The position numbers and the translations under genes are program-made. The notes under the pieces are model-generated. The model searched no databases, was not told where the DNA came from, and saw only the letters and a list, made by a program, of their open reading frames with translations. Of a stretch of 64,000 bases of DNA, positions 57,581 to 64,000 are shown in pieces (the stretch's first letter is position 1; every line of letters starts with the position of its first letter). Origin of the DNA: Promethearchaeota archaeon (lineage in GTDB: Archaea > Asgardarchaeota > Lokiarchaeia > Sigyniarchaeales > SOKP01); NCBI GenBank assembly GCA_048940445.1, contig JBHLON010000001.1:128001-192000 (forward strand), in the 5' to 3' direction.

Positions 57581-58909
57581 ATGAATGTTCCAGTTCTTAT
57601 CATTCTATTCATACTTTTTATCTTAATAATATTAAGTTACTCTATTAAAAATACTGATTTTGTTGCTATTTCCTTACTTTGCATGTTCACGGGAGCAACT
57701 ATTGCTTTTGTGGCTTTAAACGTTCAATTTACGGATTTTATTCAAATGGTCGAGTGGCAAGCAATAATCATAATTCTTAGTATGAGTTTAATAACCAAAA
57801 TAGCTCAAGATTCAAATATCTTAGAATACGTAGCTGTTAAATTATTTAAACTTTCTAAAGGAAATCAAAGAATATTCCTATATCTTCTGTGTATTATTAC
57901 TACTTTATTAGCAGCTATTATTACTGATGTGGTGGTTGTTTTGATTTTAGCTCCAGTAGTGGTCCGGTTATGTCATTTTTTAAAAATAAGAGCTGGTACT
58001 TATTTGTTGGGTATGACAATATGTATAAATATTGGTTCAATGATGACTCCCTTTTCAAGTGGAGAAAACATCATCATTACTACTTACACTTGGACGTCAG
58101 CAGTACCTGAGTTGAATACCCTATATTTTATCCAATATTATTGGATATTTGCCTTCTTATTGCTCTTTTTAACAGTATTTCTGATTGATAAATTCTTATT
58201 GTCAAAAGAACCTAAAATCGAAGAACAGCAAAAGCAATTTGTATTAGAATTAGTAGATGCTGATATTATGATAAAAAATAAAAAATATTTCTATTTCAAT
58301 AGTATTGCCATAATTATTACAATAGCCCTATTTGCAATCCTTCCTGTTCTCTATTTAACAGCCATAATCTCTGCTTTAATTCTTGTAATTGTGAATAAGA
58401 GGTTTACTAAAAAGCCAATGGGAGAATTACTTAGGGATATTGAATGGGAAATTATATTTTTCTTCATCGCTCTATATGTCATTGTCGGTTCTCTTATACA
58501 AGCAGGATTTGATGAAATTTTTCAAACAATACCTTTTCAACTCATAGATCCAATACTACTTTCCTTTCTACTCCTCATTGCAATTTCTCTAATTTCGGGA
58601 TTTGTAGCTAACACTCCAACCGCTTTAATATTCTTGCCTATAATTAATACTTTAATATCTCCAGGAGGATCTTTTGCACCTTTTCCTTATATTCCTCTCG
58701 TATTTTCCTTAATCGTTGCGATTAATTTAGGAGGTAATTTTATACCACAAGGAGCAGCAGCAGATATGATGACTTTAAAAGTAGCAAGAGATAATGATGT
58801 GGAAAATCTAAATTATAGAAGGCTATTAAAGATGGGTGCAATTTTTGCAACAATTCATTTATTATGCGCAATGCTTTATTTAGTTATTCTTATACCATTT
58901 TCAGGATAG
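57581..58909 (+). CDS. ArsB/NhaD/SLC13 (IT superfamily) permease
   Basis: NIGSMMTP...NII, SGFVANTP and NLGGN..P.GAAA motifs; 12 or more TM segments. Confidence 0.85.
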   Translation: MNVPVLIILFILFILIILSYSIKNTDFVAISLLCMFTGATIAFVALNVQFTDFIQMVEWQAIIIILSMSLITKIAQDSNILEYVAVKLFKLSKGNQRIFLYLLCIITTLLAAIITDVVVVLILAPVVVRLCHFLKIRAGTYLLGMTICINIGSMMTPFSSGENIIITTYTWTSAVPELNTLYFIQYYWIFAFLLLFLTVFLIDKFLLSKEPKIEEQQKQFVLELVDADIMIKNKKYFYFNSIAIIITIALFAILPVLYLTAIISALILVIVNKRFTKKPMGELLRDIEWEIIFFFIALYVIVGSLIQAGFDEIFQTIPFQLIDPILLSFLLLIAISLISGFVANTPTALIFLPIINTLISPGGSFAPFPYIPLVFSLIVAINLGGNFIPQGAAADMMTLKVARDNDVENLNYRRLLKMGAIFATIHLLCAMLYLVILIPFSG

Positions 58910-58918
58910 TTTTTTCTT

Positions 58919-60187
58919 TCAAGGAAAAAAGCCTCTTAATTCTATAGCTTTAGCAAGTCTTCCAACAGCAATAATATAAGCTGCTGTCCGAAGGTTAATA
59001 CTTCTTTTTTGAGAGATTCTATAAGTTTCCTCAAACGCATCCAAAATAATCCTCTTTAATTCTTCATTAATTCGATCTAATTTCCAAAAGTATGAATGAA
59101 TGTCTTGGATATATTCGAAATAAGACACACAAACACCGCCACTATTAGCTAAAATATCAGGTAATACATGAATACCTTTCTTAAATAGTATCTTATCAGC
59201 TTCAGGAGTTGTGGGACCATTTGCTCCTTCCAAAATGATTTTGCAATCTATTTTTTCAGCATTCTTTAGAGTAACTTGATTCTCAATTGCTGCTGGAATT
59301 AACACATCGCATTTAGTCGTAAGTAGGATTTCATTTGTAATGAATTTGTATCTATTATCCTTATAATCTTTTAAATAATTACCTTGATTAACCCATTCCA
59401 AAAGTTTAGGAACATCTAACCCCTCTTCACAAAATATACCTGTTGAGACATCTGATATTGCTAGAATTTTACATCCATCATCATAAAGGATTTTTGCTAT
59501 CGTTCCACCAACATTTCCACACCCTTGCACGACATAACTCAGTTGTTTGAAATCATAATTTAGTTTTTGACATAACCCTTGCAACACAAAATAGAGTCCC
59601 ATACCCGTTGCAGATTCTCTCCCAACAGAACCTCCAATTTCAATAGGCTTCCCTGTTACTACACCTGGAATTGATCTACCTTTTTGCATTGAATATGTAT
59701 CCATAATCCAAGCCATTACTCTCTTATCTGTGGCGATATCTGGAGCAGGAACATCAATATCTGGACCAATAACATTGATAATTTCCGCAGTATATCTTCG
59801 AGTTAACCTTTCTAACTCTCCAGGTGAAAGTTTTCGGGGCTCTACACAAACACCTCCTTTTGCTCCTCCTAGTGGTAAATTTAATAAGCTAGTCTTGAAC
59901 GTCATCCAAGTAGCTAAAGCTTTGACTTCATCTAAGTAAACATTTGGTGAATATCTAATACCACCTTTTCCAGGACCTCTTACAGTAGAATGATGTACAC
60001 GATAGCCTTCATATATTTTCAATGACCCATCATCCATAATGATTGGAATTGAAACGATTAAGGCACGTTCAACTCTCTTAAGATATTCAGCCACATTAGG
60101 ATGTAGTCCTATTTCCTTTGCGACAATATCAATTTGCTTTTTAGCAACATCAAAAGGGTTAATATCATTGGGCATTGATGATTTCAC
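58919..60187 (-). CDS. gdh: Glutamate dehydrogenase (Glu/Leu/Phe/Val DH), copy 1
   Basis: GPGKGGIR, GGAKGG, DVPAPD, GCGNVG and EGANGP. Confidence 0.92.
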   Translation of the reverse strand: MKSSMPNDINPFDVAKKQIDIVAKEIGLHPNVAEYLKRVERALIVSIPIIMDDGSLKIYEGYRVHHSTVRGPGKGGIRYSPNVYLDEVKALATWMTFKTSLLNLPLGGAKGGVCVEPRKLSPGELERLTRRYTAEIINVIGPDIDVPAPDIATDKRVMAWIMDTYSMQKGRSIPGVVTGKPIEIGGSVGRESATGMGLYFVLQGLCQKLNYDFKQLSYVVQGCGNVGGTIAKILYDDGCKILAISDVSTGIFCEEGLDVPKLLEWVNQGNYLKDYKDNRYKFITNEILLTTKCDVLIPAAIENQVTLKNAEKIDCKIILEGANGPTTPEADKILFKKGIHVLPDILANSGGVCVSYFEYIQDIHSYFWKLDRINEELKRIILDAFEETYRISQKRSINLRTAAYIIAVGRLAKAIELRGFFP

Positions 60188-60433
60188 TCTAGAAAACTAA
60201 TTAAAAATTAATTAGGGATTATATATTTTAAATTTAAGAACTACATTAAATATAAAAGTTACGGATTAAATCAGTAAAGATCTAAAGGAATATGCTATTT
60301 TTTGAATTTTCCCAACATGTTCCCCTAATAAATTGAAAACTGTTTAAATAATTGCCCCCATTATATAGAAATATTGAAAAAAAATTCAAAAAAAATATTA
60401 AATAACTTAATTACATAGATTGAGATAAAAAAA

Positions 60434-61684
60434 ATGTCTGAAAGTTTAGATCCATTTATTATTTCACAAAAACAACTAAGGGAAGCTTGTGATTTAAAAG
60501 AGATTGACAATGATATCTATCAAACGCTAAGTGAGCCTGAAAGGTTTGTTCAAGTTAAGGTTACAATTAAGATGGATGATGGAAGTATAAAAACCTTTAA
60601 AGGATTTAGAAGTCAATACAATTCAGCCAGAGGTCCAATGAAAGGAGGAATTCGATGGCATCCAGATGAGAGTGCTTCTTTGGTTAAAGCTCTTAGTGCT
60701 TGGATGACATGGAAAACAGCATGTGTAGATATTCCACTTGGTGGAGCTAAAGGTGGTATTATTTGTGATCCCAAAGGTATGAGTAATAGAGAGTTGGAAA
60801 CTTTAGCTAGAAGCTACATTAGACAATTGGCAGACTTTATTGGCCCTAACATAGATGTACCAGCTCCTGATGTTTATACAAATCCACAAATCATGGCATG
60901 GATGATGGACGAATACGAGAAAATTGTTCGTAAACATTCTCCTTCTGTAATTACTGGTAAACCTCTACCTTTGGGTGGAAGTGCTGGAAGATCAATAGCA
61001 ACGGCCAAAGGAGGAATATTCACTATTAGGGAAGCAGCTAAAGACATTAACTTAGATTTAAACGGAGCAAGAGTAGCTATACAAGGGTATGGAAATGCTG
61101 GTTCTTGGGCAGCTAAAATACTTCACGATGATTTTGGCTGCAAAATTATTTCTGTATCAGATTCAAAGGGGGGAATATATAATAATGATGGGATCGATCC
61201 ATACAAAGCTGCAAATCATAAAGAAAAAACAAGAACTGTAGTAGGATTAGATGGAACAAAAAAAATTACTAATAAAGAACTTCTTGAATTAGAATGCGAT
61301 ATTTTAGTTCCAGCAGCTTTAGAAAATGAAATCACTGAAAAGAATGCGAAAAATGTTAAAGCAAAAATTATAGCTGAATTAGCAAATGGTCCCACAACTC
61401 CTGATGCTGATAGAATACTATTCAATAACGACGTATTAATAATTCCTGACTTTTTATGCAATGCTGGGGGAGTAACTGTTTCATATTTTGAAATGGTTCA
61501 AGGTTATTACATGTATTTTTGGACGGAAAAAGAAGTATTTACAGCTTTGGATAGAATCATGACAAACGCGTATAGATCAACTGTGGAACATGCTAAACAA
61601 TATAATACACACAATCGAATGGGAGCCTATATGATTTCCATCGATAGAGTTATCGAAGCTATGAAATTACGAGGTTGGATTTAA
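60434..61684 (+). CDS. gdh: Glutamate dehydrogenase, copy 2
   Basis: [36 protein letters not shown] and SYFE.VQ. Confidence 0.93.
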   Translation: MSESLDPFIISQKQLREACDLKEIDNDIYQTLSEPERFVQVKVTIKMDDGSIKTFKGFRSQYNSARGPMKGGIRWHPDESASLVKALSAWMTWKTACVDIPLGGAKGGIICDPKGMSNRELETLARSYIRQLADFIGPNIDVPAPDVYTNPQIMAWMMDEYEKIVRKHSPSVITGKPLPLGGSAGRSIATAKGGIFTIREAAKDINLDLNGARVAIQGYGNAGSWAAKILHDDFGCKIISVSDSKGGIYNNDGIDPYKAANHKEKTRTVVGLDGTKKITNKELLELECDILVPAALENEITEKNAKNVKAKIIAELANGPTTPDADRILFNNDVLIIPDFLCNAGGVTVSYFEMVQGYYMYFWTEKEVFTALDRIMTNAYRSTVEHAKQYNTHNRMGAYMISIDRVIEAMKLRGWI

Positions 61685-61814
61685 TAATTCAATAACCTTC
61701 ACTTTTTATTTTCTCTTTTTTATTAGAAGATAATAATCTATATAGGCTAAACTTATTTTAATTCAAGTAATTATGTTTCATAATTAATTTGTATTTTTGT
61801 GTAATTATATCACA

Positions 61815-63368
61815 ATGATAATCGTATTAGATTTTGGAAGTCAATACACTCATTTAATTGCTAGGAGGATAAGAGAATTAGGAGTGTATTCTGAGATCTA
61901 TCCTTTTGATATTAATGTAGAAAGTATAAAGAAGATAAGTCCAAGTGCGATTATTTTATCTGGCGGACCTCAATCTGTTTACGAAGAGAGAAGTCCTCAG
62001 CTTTCAGATGAAGTATTTCAATATATCCTAAAAGAAAAAATACCTTTATTAGGTATTTGTTATGGATTTCACCTTGTCGCATTGAAAGCAGGAGGAAATA
62101 TCATTGCTAAATCAACTAAAGAATACGGAAAGACCTCATTAGAAATAATCCAAAATGATCTTATTTTTAAAAATTTAGAAAAGACTCAGATTGTTTGGAT
62201 GTCTCATGGAGATCAGGTAATAAACTTACCAGCTGATTTTGAAGTGCTTGCCAAAACAGACACCTGTCCTATCGCAGCTTATGCGAATCAGGAAAAAAAA
62301 ATTTTTGGCCTTCAATTTCATCCAGAAGTGAGACATACTCTTAATGGACAATCAATTTTAAAAAACTTTATATTTGAAATCGCTGAATGTAAAAAAGAAT
62401 GGGAACTAACGAATTGGATAACAAAAACCATAAAAAGTATTCAAGAGAGAGTAAGTAATAAACATAGGGTTATTTTAGGGCTTAGTGGGGGAGTTGATTC
62501 ATCCGTCACGGCTGCTTTAATTCATAAAGCAATAGGGGATAGACTGCATTGTATTTTTGTAAATAATGGTCTTTTACGTAAGAATGAAGAAATAGAGGTT
62601 CAAAAGTTTTTTCGGGATCAATTACAATTTAAAAATTTTCATTATGTAAATGCTGAAGAATTATTCTTAGAAAAGTTAAAGAATGTTGAAGATCCTGAAG
62701 AGAAACGTCAAATTATAGGACACACATTTATAGAAGTGTTTGAAGAGAAAACCGTTGAATTAGAAAAGCATTTTCCAAATATGAAATATCTTGCTCAAGG
62801 GACAATTTATCCTGATCGTGTTGAAACTGCGGTAACAAGTAAATCAGCAGCTAAAATTAAATCGCATCATAATCTCACTCTCCCCGAAAACATGAAATTA
62901 GAATTGATTGAACCATTAAAGGATATGTATAAAGATGAAGTCAGGAAAGTAGGATTAGAATTAGGGTTACCAAGAGAATTAGTGTATAGGCATCCATTTC
63001 CTGGACCAGGACTTGCAGTAAGGTGTCTTGGAGCAATAGATAAGAAAAAATTAGGAATATTAAAAGAAGCTGATTCAATTTTATTAGAAGAAATCGAAAA
63101 TGCAGGTCTCTATGAAAAACTTTGGCAGATTTTTTGCGTGCTACTCCCAATAAAAACAGTTGGAATTATGGGTGATTTTCGAACATATGAATATATATGT
63201 TCTATAAGAGCCGTAGAATCTATTGATGCTATGACCGCAAACTTTGCAAAACTCGATTGGAATTTATTAGAACGAATTGGAACTCGAATTATCAATGAAG
63301 TCAAAGGGTTTAACAGAGTCGTCTATGATATTTCAAATAAACCCCCAAGTACAATTGAGTATGAATAG
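61815..63368 (+). CDS. guaA: GMP synthase (glutamine-hydrolysing), fused single-chain type
   Basis: DFGSQYT, GICYG, QFHPE, SGGVDS, IKSHHN and KPP.TIE; likely start ATG 61815. Confidence 0.96.
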   Translation: MIIVLDFGSQYTHLIARRIRELGVYSEIYPFDINVESIKKISPSAIILSGGPQSVYEERSPQLSDEVFQYILKEKIPLLGICYGFHLVALKAGGNIIAKSTKEYGKTSLEIIQNDLIFKNLEKTQIVWMSHGDQVINLPADFEVLAKTDTCPIAAYANQEKKIFGLQFHPEVRHTLNGQSILKNFIFEIAECKKEWELTNWITKTIKSIQERVSNKHRVILGLSGGVDSSVTAALIHKAIGDRLHCIFVNNGLLRKNEEIEVQKFFRDQLQFKNFHYVNAEELFLEKLKNVEDPEEKRQIIGHTFIEVFEEKTVELEKHFPNMKYLAQGTIYPDRVETAVTSKSAAKIKSHHNLTLPENMKLELIEPLKDMYKDEVRKVGLELGLPRELVYRHPFPGPGLAVRCLGAIDKKKLGILKEADSILLEEIENAGLYEKLWQIFCVLLPIKTVGIMGDFRTYEYICSIRAVESIDAMTANFAKLDWNLLERIGTRIINEVKGFNRVVYDISNKPPSTIEYE

Positions 63369-63466
63369 TATTTTTTACTAGTAAATAAAAATTAATTTTT
63401 CTAGCAAATTTTAATTTCTTTTTTAATTAAACCAAAGTAAAAAAATAATTTTATTATTTGATCGAT

Positions 63467-64000
63467 ATGACAGCACAAAAAATCGCATGGGATTTAACAG
63501 GTTTATTTAAAAGCCATAAAGATCCAAAAATAGATTCTCTTATAGAAAATCTAAAAAAGGACGCTGCGAATTTTGTACAAAACTATAAAGGAAAAATAAA
63601 GAAACCAGAATTTACGAATAAAGATTTGCTTGCTTTATTTAAGAAAATTGAAGAGTTTGATGCAAACTTAGATGAGTTCGGGACATACGCTCATATTTTA
63701 TACGATGCAAATATGAAGATTCCAGAATCTGAAATCTTAAAAAATAAGATGCTGCAATTCAGTACTGAAATAGCAAAAAAATTGGCTTTTCTTGAATTAG
63801 AAATAGGAAAATATGTATACCAGAATAAAGATTTAATTGATGATAATCTTTTACAGAATTACAAGCATTATTTGGAGAAAATTAGGAGAAGGCAGCCACA
63901 TCTATTATCCGAAATAGAAGAACAATTAATCCTAGAAAAAGATCAATTTGGTATAATCCAATGGAGTCAATTACAAGCTAAATGGTTGAATACAAGAAAA
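63467..64000 (+). CDS. pepF: M3B oligoendopeptidase F, N-terminal part (runs off the window end)
   Basis: Not in the ORF track. MTAQKIAWDL..LF..., FLELE, YKHYL...RR..PHLLSE.EE; the catalytic HExxH lies outside the window. Confidence 0.75.
   Translation, partial: MTAQKIAWDLTGLFKSHKDPKIDSLIENLKKDAANFVQNYKGKIKKPEFTNKDLLALFKKIEEFDANLDEFGTYAHILYDANMKIPESEILKNKMLQFSTEIAKKLAFLELEIGKYVYQNKDLIDDNLLQNYKHYLEKIRRRQPHLLSEIEEQLILEKDQFGIIQWSQLQAKWLNTRK

Noticed and set aside
2581-63304. Many 60-115 aa ORFs overlapping larger genes (e.g. 2581, 8945, 9221, 14924, 22161, 35200, 41207, 46154, 47638, 55129, 56145, 59730, 61216, 63110)
   Set aside because: Antisense or off-frame within well-supported CDS, with no recognisable motifs.
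1-64000. CRISPR arrays, tRNA/rRNA genes, transposases, proviral genes
   Set aside because: None seen by eye; the only extended GC-rich non-coding island is the SRP RNA. Short or degenerate elements could have been missed.

Overview
AT-rich, gene-dense archaeal chromosome segment. By inference it is from an Asgard archaeon (Lokiarchaeia/Promethearchaeota-like), based on the archaeal uS10, archaeal-type SRP RNA, tungsten AOR, and longin, RING, TPR and Zn-ribbon proteins. It holds about 55 CDS, mostly metabolic, plus an unannotated SRP RNA gene (about 42396-42702, minus strand). I saw no CRISPR array, tRNA, rRNA or transposase. The most interesting items are: (1) a nine-gene cluster (8302-17673) with a CDP-alcohol phosphatidyltransferase, three GT2s, a LuxE-like acyl-activating enzyme, a radical SAM enzyme, a membrane acyltransferase, a hydrolase and a CE4 deacetylase, a candidate undescribed (glyco)lipid pathway; (2) a glycyl radical enzyme with an N-terminal SCP2-like lipid-binding domain plus its activase, flanked by decayed flavoprotein remnants; (3) a Bud23/WBSCR22-like methyltransferase followed by a radical SAM gene with no ATG/GTG/TTG start (GTA), with other apparent non-canonical starts elsewhere; (4) a Whirly-like protein; (5) an unannotated 51-codon ORF with an in-frame TGA in a CxxU-like context; (6) two long G-U-containing hairpins flanking a secreted-protein gene. 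All family calls come from motif recognition by eye; no searches were run.
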